Shown here: positions 39,171-49,500 of the stretch, piece after piece
How the letters are laid out: each line of letters begins with the position of its first letter
How positions within the stretch are numbered: position 1 is the stretch's first letter
Source of the DNA: Callorhinchus milii
Taxonomy: Eukaryota
Length of the DNA stretch: 64,000 bases
Assembly: GCF_018977255.1 (NCBI RefSeq)
Contig: NW_024704743.1
Location: forward strand, 26,910,001 to 26,974,000
Reading direction: 5' to 3'
Translations under genes and position numbers: made by a program
The notes under the pieces: generated by a model
Databases searched by the model: none
What the model was told of the DNA's origin: nothing
Seen by the model: the letters and a program-made list of their open reading frames with translations, nothing else

Positions 39171-40974
39171 AAAGGGGTAGGTTCTTACAGTAGCTTGTTT
39201 GAGACTCCCATGCCTCTCAGCAGCAGGAGAATACTTTAAACTCCCGTCCACAGTACAGGTAATTAAATCTCAGTTTATTATTCCCATAAAAAATAGCTAT
39301 GAAAAAATGACAACTTCCTATTGAGGCAGGCTGCCTCTTGAATGCACACAACTGATGATTGGAAGGAAAGAACGGTTCCTTTGTCTGCTGGCTTGAAATG
39401 TATGTATTAAAATGGATTATATTTGGATATATACAGCTGATAATGTATAACAACATTTGCATGTATATTAGCACCTTTCATGTGGGGCAGAGTTTCGGAA
39501 AGCTTGTCTTTATTCTTCAGGCAGTAAAATTACTGTTGCCTATGAGGGACACTGTGAAACATCTAGGCCATGTGGAACCTGCACAGGGATCAATTGATAC
39601 TGACACTTGATACCAAGAGGAAAACATTTTCCATTCTCCAGGAACTCCTCACCATCTGAAAGCAAAAATTTACCAGAGCAGTTAACAAAAAATAAAAACC
39701 TCATTAACTCCCTTTTGGAATTAGAGTGTATAGTGTATGATTGAACTGACAGCTTTTATTTTCATCATGTGTTTATGCTTCCTCGGGTATCACTAAACAG
39801 AGACATCTCACTCCCAAGATCGTGCCCACTATCTAAGTATTGATTTGATCTCTGACTTCAAAGCAATCTGAATTTGAATCAGCTTTACTAACTAAAGAAT
39901 TAAAAAAAAGTAGTCAAAATGGTTTTGTTGCTTTCTGCTGGTTTTCCAGCTAGGACCATCCTTCCCATAAGGGTTTTGATTTGCAAGATTAACAGGAGCT
40001 GATTTAGAAAAATTCCTGTCCCCAATGACTGGTCTGTACCTCCAAAACCTGCCAAGACCAGCAGATCAGTTATCAGCAATGCTCTTCACTTGGGTAGCAT
40101 CTCTCAGCATCCAGAGCGATCAGCATAATCATAATAATAGTGGCAAGCAAACCCTTATTATGTAAACATGGTTGGCAAAGAAAAGCAGAAGCTACAGTCA
40201 ACTGAACCCATTCTGTGTGGATTAAAAAGAATAATAGGGGGATATCAACATTTATAAGGACCTTTTGTGTTCATCAAAATAACATCAAGCATAATGAAAC
40301 TTATACATTAATAAAGGTATGATCAGTCCACAATAAAGGGTTATGTTGTGTTTCAGGGCAGAGCAATGTTTGCTACAGTTATAGTTGCTGTTGGTTTCAA
40401 AGACTTCAATTGATGTAATTGCTTTCCTTTGGTTTGAGCCTCTTGTTTACGACAACAACATAAATTTACATGCAGTATGAGAATTACAACACATCATTAT
40501 TTCTGTTGTAACCCAATATTTTTTTTCAACAATTCATGCTGGAAACTTCTTATTTCCTTACTTCAATACTTTTTTTTTCTTGTGATCATTTTCAACTAGC
40601 TCTGACTATTTCTGGTCATGTCTTTATTTAAGTCATCCCCATTGTTCTTTCATCCTATTTTTGTGCTACCAGGGCGAACTGCAAAACATTGTGGAGAGAG
40701 ATAAAGGCATTTTGATGTTCTCTGACTCTTCACAAGTATTAAGCAGTCTTAACTGCTTGAGTGCCTTCAGATGAGGCAATGAGTCATATCTCCCTGCTTT
40801 GTCTGTAGGCACTAAGACTAGGAACCGAGGGTCAATCACATCATTATTGAGTCTCCCGTATTACTTTCGCAATGTCCCAAATTCTGAGTGTATCAAATCC
40901 TTCACCATTTCTTTTATGCCAGTTTCCCTATTGTCCTCAGTACCATTTTCTTCCTTTACTTTGCTATGTCTCGT

Positions 40975-41073
40975 GCAATCTCTTTCCAAATGTCCCTTTT
41001 TACCACATGCCCAACATTCCACTTCTGACGGACAGTTTGAAGCAGTTTGACCATTCTTCCCACACTTAGAACA
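40975..41073 (-). pseudogene. gag: Gag nucleocapsid, two CCHC-type zinc knuckles
   Basis: Direct translation CSKCGKNGQTASNC-PSEVE-CWACGKKGHLERDC: two C-X2-C-X4-H-X4-C motifs, the first with H replaced by Q. Confidence 0.85.
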
Positions 41074-41172
41074 TGTAGGACTACTAAATCCAACATTCAG
41101 GTTTCTTCATCCTTTACCCTTTCTTCAATCAGTGAAATTCATTTGTCCCATCAATGCTTTCGATCTTATTAA

Positions 41173-41238
41173 ATGGCAGGGCAGGCTCGATGGGCCGAAT
41201 GGCCTACTCCTTCTCCTATTTCTTATGTTCTTATGTTC
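41173..41238 (+). mobile_element. Very short CR1 3' tail inserted into gag
   Basis: GGCAGGGCAGGCTCGATGGGCCGAATGGCCTACTCCTTCTCCTATTTCTTATGTTCTTATGTTCT. Confidence 0.85.
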
Positions 41239-41714
41239 TTTCAACCCTTGCATTGGACCCTTCTTCTTGCATACTTTTTCAGGTTTTTCCTCTACTAAGA
41301 CTGCTATTTTATGCCCTTTTAACTTTTCAGCTGCCTCTCTCTGTCTGGTTTCCCATTTCATAATAATTTTCCGTCTTATCCATGTCTCATTGTGCTTGTT
41401 GTTTTCCCTATCTCAGCTATTCTCTTAGGCTGCTCGATAAAGTGGTAGAGCATGAGAAATAATTGACCTCAGCCAACTTTGTCCAAGATTTGCACCAAGA
41501 TTATTTCTTTGAAAGTTGGGATCATAGGTACGATCAAATGCACCGCAAATTGCTGAATGTAAACATTTGGATGTTCTGTTGGTTCCTGCCTACACTTATC
41601 CAAAACCTTGATCAGATCCTCCCTATCATACCTAACAGCAGCCATAATATGCTCCCTTAATTAATCTAAAGTTCATTCTTCAGCCTTTACATCCATGGGT
41701 AACGCATTGTTTGA

Positions 41715-42025
41715 AAGGTGAAAAAGGTAAGATGTGAGTATTTGTAACATTCTCATTACTGCTGTTGACTTGCTCTCACTTCTTGTTCCTATGAAACTTG
41801 TTCCAATTGTTGATTACCCTCTGAGTAAAGAAAAAATTCCTGGTATCTGTCCTGAAGTTGCTCATTACAACCCCAAACTTGTGTCCTTTTGCTTTACTGT
41901 CATGATACATCCTAAATTATTGATCTGAGTTTACTTTCACAATCCTATTTAAAATCTTCTACATCTTTATGAGGAGCCCTCTGAGTCATCTTCTCTCAAG
42001 ACTGAAGCTTGTCTAGTCGTTGCTA
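41715..42025 (-). mobile_element. CR1-like 3' fragment inserted into gag
   Basis: Similar to 5230-5470, and its left part to 6455-6540. Confidence 0.65.
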
Positions 42026-42242
42026 AAATATGTCTGGACTTTGCAGCATGCTGCTATTCACATTTTACTGAAATTAGATCACCTTTAATTCATTCTTTCT
42101 CACATCTTTTAGAATTGCTTCTTCTTTCTATATATTTATAGGCTTTTAAAACTCGAGGTTACTATTACTCAATTTCTACATCTCATTTTGTCTCAACTTC
42201 CCTACTATGCCTTTCAATCTTAGCAGTTTCCTACACTATAAA

Positions 42243-42790
42243 GCAACAACAACTTGCATTATATAGCGCCCTTCACGCTGCGTAGTATCCCAGAGCGCTT
42301 GACAGTGGCGGAGTCTGACCCCGAGCTAGGGGGAGAGGGAGGGGTTGTAAGCACAATCAAAAAAGAAGTTCTTTAGTCGTGATTTGAAAGTGGGGAAGGA
42401 GGGGGCAAGACGGAGGCATTGAGGGAGAGAGTTCCAGAGTTTTGGGGCTTAGTGGCTAAAGGCACGGCCACCGATGGTGGAAAGGAGGGGAAAAGGGACA
42501 AACAAGAGGCCAGATCCAGTCGAGAGGAGGCAGCGAGTGGTGAAGTGGGGTGGGGTAAGCAAATCGGATAGGTAGGGAGGTGTGAGGTCGGAAGGAATTT
42601 GAAAATGAGTGAGAGAATCTTGAAATTGATCCGTTCAGTAATTGGGAGCCAGTGAAACCGGGCAAGAACTGGTGTGATGCGGGTACAGAGTTTTATGTTG
42701 GTGAGAATCCGGGCTGAGGTGTTCTGAATTGGTTAAATTGTGTGTATTGTGGAGTAGGGGAGACCAACGAGGAGGCTGTTTATGATAGTG
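42243..42790 (-). mobile_element. L2 LINE 3' fragment inserted into gag
   Basis: (AAC)n tail ACTTGCATTATATAGCGCCC; antisense of ITPVLARFHWLP..INFKIL. Confidence 0.8.
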
Positions 42791-44899
42791 ATTAGCTTCA
42801 TCCATCTATAGAGTCCCAGTCTATCCCTCATTGCTCCCCTTTCTCATTGTTAAAGTGTAGATGAAACCTCGCCTAACTTGTAACATCTCCTTGAGCTTTT
42901 GAATTTCTTTTTTGGCATATAACATCTGACACAGGATCCCCTTTTCTGCTTGCCTTTGACATTGCAGCTTGTATTCTTACAGTAGCTTTCGGATCGCTGT
43001 TCTGCCTCTTTAACCATGCTATCCCTTTTCCTAAGTCTTTCTCATCCCCATACCAATCCTGTGCCTGCTTTTTCATATCGGAGGCTTCTGCCTGATAATA
43101 ATCACCACGTCCCTTCAGGCTATGCATCCTTTTCGTGCATGTTTCCATTACTTGCCGCCTATCAGCTCTTTCTTCTGCCAACATTTCTTCCAGTTCTGCT
43201 TAACCGGTTTCCGAATTTCTTGGAGTTTCTTTAAGTTCTCCTGAGTAACCAGAAATTGCTCTTGAGCAGTCACCAACTGCTCCTCAAAGGTCACCAACCA
43301 TTCCTTTGTACTGGCTAGCTTCTCTTCTCAACGGGAAGTACTGACAGATTCCTCTTTTTCTGCTTTGAGAGCACTCTTTTCCACAAGTAAAGATTTGATC
43401 CAAACTGCCTTGCTTTGATCTGTTTTCACTTTCTTTTTCTCATGTAGACTGCATGTCTGAATCAGTGCGCCACTCTCTAGTTCTCGTTAAACTGCTCCTC
43501 ATGTCTAGGGAGCTTTTTTCTCTACATAGAGTTTCATCAATTCTTCCATACTTATATACTTTATTCCTCCAATTGTACTAAACCCTTCTCACTTTGAATC
43601 TCACAATTTAGCTAAAATTCAAAACACTTTAACAATCGTTTTCACGTGTTTCAATTTTCATGATCTTGTACCCATTGAACTTCAACACTTCTCCAACACC
43701 CTGTGAGGGTGACAATTTGTCTTGAATTTCATGTGGTGAAGTATGAACTGACACAAACTCTCAAATTGCTTCAATTAGTAAATTTTAATAAAGATTAGCA
43801 AGGTTATAAATATCAACATTATACATTTTATATAATCAAATTAATGCTTGCAGCAGATTAGTACAATTCACTGCAATGAGTTGAACAGACCAATACAGTG
43901 GTTTTCGTGGAGGAACAATAGTTGATTGTAGTCTATCTCTTTCCTCGCGATTGGTAGCAGTTAGCTACTCTTTCCCCAAACTCAGCTCTTCTGATTCCAC
44001 CCCAAAATCTCTGCTTCTTTATCCCTTTTTGGTCACATAGCCAGTCTGTTCAACATGTTATTCGAAACACCAGCTGCAAACCAAAGACAATATTTAACTT
44101 TTTTGTTCTTTATTCTTCCATTTATTCTGGCCTTTGTGCATTTGCACCATATAGTCAGCCTATATGAAGTAAACATGTCCATGAGACTTTACGATTTTCT
44201 TTGGTCAGCTTAAGGCAACCCAGAATTCTGGGATTGCTTACACCCATTATAAGAATTTCAACTTGTTACCTCCAGCTAAAAGTCTCATTTTCTGAGATGT
44301 CTGATATCCATCCTCTATGTCTTCGGAACCATTGTATTCCTTAAATAGCAATTGAATTGAGGTATATTATGCATACCCATAAGCAACATCAGTCACTTGA
44401 TGATGAGTTATCTCTGAATGAGAGAACAGTTGAATCTTGCACCACTTCTGTTTTACCCAAAATTTAATCCAGATTTCTACTCCAATTTCACTAAAACATC
44501 AAAAGAAGGACTTTGCGACCAGGAAATTCATGACAGCTCTACCTTTTAGTGTCTTTCTATGCAAGTAGGTCACGTAATATTTGGTTGCTACAGACTGTTT
44601 TTCTGAATCTCAAAGATGTAGTAGTTAAAAGCTATGTGCCTTAAATTTCATTTCCACTGAGTAGGAGCTCCTAGAAGAAATTATACTTGCATTAAACATA
44701 ATTAAAATTAATAGTATAGTCAAGGATCTTCCTACTCTAGCTCACACTCACATGCAGAAATACTGGAGGGAAGAGTTTCAAGACCATTAGACCTGTGGGA
44801 TGTAAACAGTGGAATTCTTCAGTGGTCAATTAGAACTGCAATAAGAACTGTAAGAGACTTCAGAAGAACACTGGCAGGTTAGTGGATTGGAAAAATGGA

Positions 44900-45610
44900 T
44901 AGCAAATCAAACTTAATTCAGATAAATGTGCAGTAATGCACTTTGAGTGGAAGCATAATTATACACAAAATGATAAAACTTTAAAAGGAGTGAAACCACA
45001 GTGAGACCTAAGAATGAACCTATCCAACACTTTAAAAATAGAACAACAAATTGACAGAACTGTGAAAACCATAATTGGTTCTCAGGTTTTATACATTGGA
45101 GCAAAGGATATAAACACAAAGAAGTAAGGCTAAAATTGTACATATCATTGATTGGGTTGTACTTTGAGTATTGTATCTAGTTCTTGGCACTCTACTTTTG
45201 GAGAGATGCCACTGTAGGATCTTCTAAGGCAATGGAATGAGGACAAAGAAGATTCACTTGAACGATAGACAGGCACAAAGAAGATTGAGGAGACATAATA
45301 TAGGTATTCAAAATATATGGAGTAAATTAAAAAAAAACTATTTCTACTGAATGGTGAGTTGGTATCTAGTTAAGCACAAATTTAAGATAATTGCCAGAAA
45401 AAAATAAGGAACAGGATTGGAGATTAGTTTTCTATAGCGCTTTGTCAGGGTATAATAGCTTACCAGAATCTGCAATTCAAGCAGAATCCGTAATAGCTTT
45501 ATAAAGGGAGTTTGATGGATTTTTGAAAAGGTAAAATAAAGAGGTATGGGAAACTGCAAGTAAGTGGAATCTGAATGGATAACTCTTTCGTAGAGCTGGC
45601 AGGGACACTA
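44900..45610 (+). mobile_element. Old CR1 fragment
   Basis: GATAAATGTGCAGTAATGCACTTTG (DKCAVMHF), TGAGTATTGTATCTAGTTC and a CR1-type 3' end, heavily decayed. Confidence 0.6.
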
Positions 45611-45611
45611 C

Positions 45612-45950
45612 AATACAATTTACATTTATATAGGGCCTTTCATGTCAGGAGAGGTGTCAAAGTGCTTTGACACAATACAAAATTATATTTATAAAGTACC
45701 TTTCACGTTGGGAGGACATCCCACGGTGCTGAACATTCAGGGATTAGGACCCGAGCATGGGCGAGGTTGGGATCAGGAAGGGTGGAGGGCAGAAAGGATA
45801 GGACGGTGGCCGAAGGCACAGTTGAAGTGGAGGGTCTTGAGGCATGCCCTGAAGGAGGCAAAAAAGGGAACGAGGTGAAGGGAATGTGGAATGGAGTTCC
45901 ATAGGTTGGGGACAGAGAGGCTGAAGGCTTAACTACTTTTATCAAGGTGA
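45612..45950 (-). mobile_element. Two stacked L2 tails plus an L2 3' fragment
   Basis: ACAATACAATTTACATTTATATAG..CTTTCA tail occurs twice (about 45612 and 45670), followed by the antisense L2 C-terminus. Confidence 0.7.
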
Positions 45951-46325
45951 ATATGATGGAGGAGGACTGTTGAACTCACAGTGGGTGGGCAGGCAGAGGA
46001 GGTGGAAGAGGATGCTGGACTTCAAAGGAAAGAAGACAGAGGAACATCATGGTGCTATGAAGAGACATGGCTTCTCTATCATATCTGTACCATGTAAAAA
46101 TTGAGTGAAATCATCTGGAGTTCCTCAGATGTTGATGATTTTTCATATTTTAGAAAATAACATATTGCCCTACAAAGGGCAAGTTACCAAGGCACGAATT
46201 ATATAATAACTTGCTTTGCTCCTCACCACTGTACTGTGTGCATGAGCTTGTAAAAGCAACAGAGACACCTGAGCAAGAAAAGGTAATGCTGCCAAGAGCA
46301 AAGAATATTGACTGTTCTTTTCCAG

Positions 46326-46391
46326 TTTATTCTTGTGGGGTGAAAAATGCAATGATTCAGAACAGGATCAGTAATTATCGAATGTTTTATT
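46326..46391 (-). terminator. Candidate FITM1 polyadenylation signals
   Basis: AATAAA on the minus strand at 46386-46391 and 46326-46331, about 415-475 nt after the stop codon. Usage is not shown. Confidence 0.35.
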
Positions 46392-46555
46392 GGGTTTGTT
46401 ATGAGACACTATACTATTTACTCATTCTTAAAGATTATTTCTAAAGCCACTGATATCACTCACCCCACACCCCTGACTTGGGCACATTGGTGAAACCTGA
46501 GGTCACAAAATCATTATTTTTTTCTCAATAGTCCGTAGAGATCTATCCCTCCGTA

Positions 46556-46737
46556 CAGTAAACTCCTGATAACTTCTCACTCCAAGGGAAAAGTGCTCAG
46601 TGATGGATTATCTGGAACGGTGAGTTAGGCATATAAATACATAAAAATAAATGTGGCCAAGACATTGACAGCACGGTAGTGACGAGTTAAATGGTAGTGA
46701 CATTGTAAGCCAGGGTCGAGTTATCAGGGGTTTACTG
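46556..46737. mobile_element. Tc1/mariner-superfamily (pogo/Tigger-like) MITE, 182 bp
   Basis: Terminal inverted repeats CAGTAAACTCCTGATAACT (46556-46574) and AGTTATCAGGGGTTTACTG (46719-46737) match at 18/19. TA flanks both sides (46554-46555, 46738-46739). No ORF. Confidence 0.85.
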
Positions 46738-46803
46738 TATAATATTTCTTTGCAAACCACTTATCGGTCAAACATTGCTTCACCCAGTGACCATCTCCTC
46801 CCC

Positions 46804-47437
46804 TCAGTAGCCAACAGCCCCACACGTACACTGCCTGAGGGGCTGACGTGCAGGCCTCAGGAGGTGCAGCCCAGGGCAGCCCGGTGAGTAACGGCACAGA
46901 AACCAGCCTTTGTAGGTGAGGTACCAGCAGAGCTGGGCGAAGGTCGCCCCGACGATCTTCTGAGAAAAGTGGTGAAAAAAAAGGGTGGTTGACACCAGGA
47001 GAAAGCTCCAGAGAGGCAGGAGGAGGCTGGCGAGGAGGAAGGTGAGGCGGAAAGCCCCACTAGCTGGGTAGCCATGGGCTAGGTAGAGTTTGAGGATTGA
47101 GAGCTCCTCCAAGGTGACCAAGGAGGAGTACGTGAGCAGGAACGACTGGGACGAGATGCTGTAGCCTTTCCAAAGAAAGCCTTGCATGAGGCAGAAGGGC
47201 CGATCGGCCAGCTCGATGAGTAACAGTCCTTCTGGGGTCTGGTGAAAGCAAGAGCCGGTGACAGTCTCTATGAGGATGAAGGTTCGCAGGCAAGCCACAC
47301 TGAGGACAGTGCCAGCCAGCAGCCGGCTCTGGTGTCTCAGTGTGGTGAGCAAACTCCCAGAGGACAGGTAGGAGGTGAGCAGCAGGTGGCCACCGGTCAG
47401 GACACACGTCCAACTCCAGGCTGAGTCAACCAGACGC
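46804..47437 (-). CDS. FITM1: FITM1-like gene, coding exon 2 (634 nt, includes TGA stop)
   Basis: Acceptor ctctctcctccccccacag|G CGT CTG joins exon 1 in frame (182+634=816 nt, 271 aa plus stop). The protein has FIT-family motifs [45 protein letters not shown] and [28 protein letters not shown] and SAW.WTC fit FITM1 rather than FITM2. Confidence 0.95.
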
Positions 47438-48352
47438 CTGTGGGGGGAGGAGAGAGATAGAGTGTAAGAGAGGTGAGAGACAGAGGGAGAGGGAGAAGTG
47501 AAAGAGAAGGAGAGAGTGAGAGATGAGAGAGAGGAGAGAGAAAGAGATGAGAGAGGAGAGAGGGAGAGGGTGTGTGAGAGAGCGTGCATGAGAGAGAGCA
47601 TGAGAAGGAGCGAGGGAGCGTGAGAGTATGTGAGACAGAGACAAAGAGTGAGAGATGAGAGGAGAGAGTGAGAGGGAGAAAGTGTGAGAGATGGGAGAGA
47701 GAGAGAGATTGAAGGTAAGTGAGAGGAGAGAGAGAGATAGAGACAGAGAGAAAGTCAGAGAAACAGTATGAGAGAGGAAAGAATGAAATAATGAAAGAGA
47801 TAAGAGATAGAGAGAGACAGAGAGAAAGTGTGAGAGACAGAGAAAGAAAGACAGTATGAGAGACGAGAGAGAAGGAGAGTGTGAGAGAGGGGATGAGAGG
47901 GTGAGAGTGTGAGACACAGAAAGAATGTGCTTGAGACAGAGAGTGATGTGAGAAGGATTGAAACATACAAACAGACATACACCCACTTGCGCAGAAACAC
48001 AGACCCACACACATACAGACACACAGATATACACCTACACACACACAGAAGCGAGCGTGCGCACACGCACACATACACATACAGACACTCACATACATAG
48101 AAACACGCACAGAGGCATACACAGGTACACAGGCACACATGCAAGCACACACACAGACTCTCACACACACCCACACACACGTGGACACGTGGATGGACAC
48201 ACACAGACACGCACACGCAAGCACATACATACACATGTGCACACACATACACAAAAACACACACATGCACCCACATACACACACACACACACAAACAAAC
48301 ACACACATGCATGTACACACACACAAACACATATACAAACAAACACACGTAC
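47438..48352 (-). other. FITM1 intron (915 bp, GT-AG), almost entirely simple repeats
   Basis: Starts GTACGT at 48352 and ends CAG at 47438 on the minus strand. The plus strand is degenerate (GA)n over about 47440-47960 and degenerate (CA)n over about 47960-48350. Confidence 0.9.
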
Positions 48353-48534
48353 ACGTTGAAGTAGTTGCGAGGTTTGGCAAACACCACTCTGGGGCTGATC
48401 AAGTCCCCCAGGAGCGGGGTGAAGGTGACGAGGAGAGCCAGCCAGAGCTGGAAGTATCTCCTGACAAACCAGTGGCTCAGTACAGCTGCCGTCTGGTCAG
48501 TCACTACACACAGAGCAGAGTGTAACAGCTTCAT
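48353..48534 (-). CDS. FITM1: FITM1-like gene, coding exon 1 (182 nt)
   Basis: Translates [61 protein letters not shown], matching the FITM1 N-terminus as I recall it (human ...RRLYHAWLAAVVIFGPLL...NPRTIFASHGNFFNI). It ends AAC GT|gtacgt, a GT donor at 48352 (phase 2). An in-frame TAG sits directly before the ATG. Confidence 0.9.
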
Positions 48535-48536
48535 CT

Positions 48537-49130
48537 AGACACAGAGAAAGAGAGAGAAGGACAGAGAGAGAGAGAGAGAGTGAGAACAACTTTTACAGAG
48601 ATAGGAACAGACAGCGAGTGAATGTAAGAGAGCGAGAGCTAAACACATGGACACAGCGAGAGTGAGTGTTCGCCAAAAGCAACTAAGAGGGATAGCAAGA
48701 GAGAGAACAAGTCAGCAGGAGAGGAAAAATGAGCGAAAGAGGAAAGCGAGAAAGAGAATGAGAGAAAGAAAGAGAGAGAAAGAGGCCTTGTGCACAGGCT
48801 TCACGCACGACCCTCACTCGTCCCCTCCCCCTGGATTTGTGTCTAAAATTGGAAACCAGCAGCTGTCAAAATGTCAGAGAGAGAGAGAGAGAGTGAGAAA
48901 CTGGGAGAGACAGACAGAGAGACAGACAGAGAGCCAAAGAGAGAGAGAGAGAGAGACAGAAAGAAAGAGAGACACACAAAGACAGAGACAGACAGAGAGA
49001 AACAAAGAGTGTGAGAGAGAGATGGATAGTGAGACAGAGAGAGAGAGATTAAAAGAGACAGAGAGCATCAGAGAAAGAGACAGGGAGAGAGAGACAGAGA
49101 GATTGAAAGAAACAGAGAAAGAGAGAGGGG
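48537..49130. repeat. GA/GACA-rich microsatellite blocks upstream of FITM1
   Basis: Degenerate (GA)n at about 48537-48785 and about 48877-49130, separated by a short unique island. Confidence 0.9.
48820..48876 (-). promoter_or_regulatory. Candidate muscle-type promoter/enhancer island upstream of FITM1
   Basis: Unique sequence between two GA microsatellites. It holds CCCCTCCCC (about 48822-48830), MEF2-like CTAAAATTGG (48843-48852, one mismatch to CTAW4TAG) and E-box CAGCTG overlapping a TALE-type TGACAG site (CAGCTGTCA, 48860-48868), about 310-330 bp upstream of the ATG. Confidence 0.45.
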
Positions 49131-49149
49131 AATGAGCAATGAACAACGA

Positions 49150-49500
49150 TTAGACCAGCTAGAGTTCTTCAGTCTTCAGAGAAGTCAACTCAAAAGAGAA
49201 CTTATAGATGTGTATAACCTTTTTTAATAGGATTGAAAAATAAATCCATAAATTTAGGATATACCAAGTTAGCAGAACAAGTGGACATGGGTTTAGAGTT
49301 GCAAAGGCAATTTCAGGACATACACCATTTTATTTTTAACCCGGAGGGGAATTAATCGACAGGTTGCCAGAAAGGGTGGTCGAGGCCAGGGAACTGGGAC
49401 TCATTTAAAAAGCAGCTTGATGCTGTGTACGTTGTTTCTGGAGGGGTGAGATCAGGTGGGCCAAGGGCCCTCTTCAACCAAAAGCAATCCTGTGAGCTTG
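49150..49500 (+). mobile_element. CR1 3' fragment
   Basis: TTCAGTCTT..AGAACAAGTGGACATGGGTTTAGAG..GGTGAGATCAGGTGGGCC; similar to 25985-26225. Confidence 0.6.

Larger units (their letters stand above)
39800..44420 (-). mobile_element. Decayed endogenous retrovirus / LTR retroelement, with gag remnant, probable 5' LTR and PBS, and possible env remnant
   Basis: Minus-strand order: LTR-like block with ATTAAA (43784-43789) ending ...AAGACA at 43718; PBS-like site; coiled-coil gag; MHR-like CRQEPTEHPNVYIQQF (about 41545-41595); zinc knuckles at 40975-41073; fusion-peptide-like segment at about 39990-40090. Many stops and frameshifts, plus later CR1/L2 insertions. Outer boundaries are uncertain. Confidence 0.7.

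Noticed and set aside
47397..49146. Long ORFs of 130-330 aa rich in C/V, S/L, H/T or E/R
   Set aside because: Translations of (CA)/(GA) microsatellites. Only the two FITM1 exons within the overlapping ORFs are credible.
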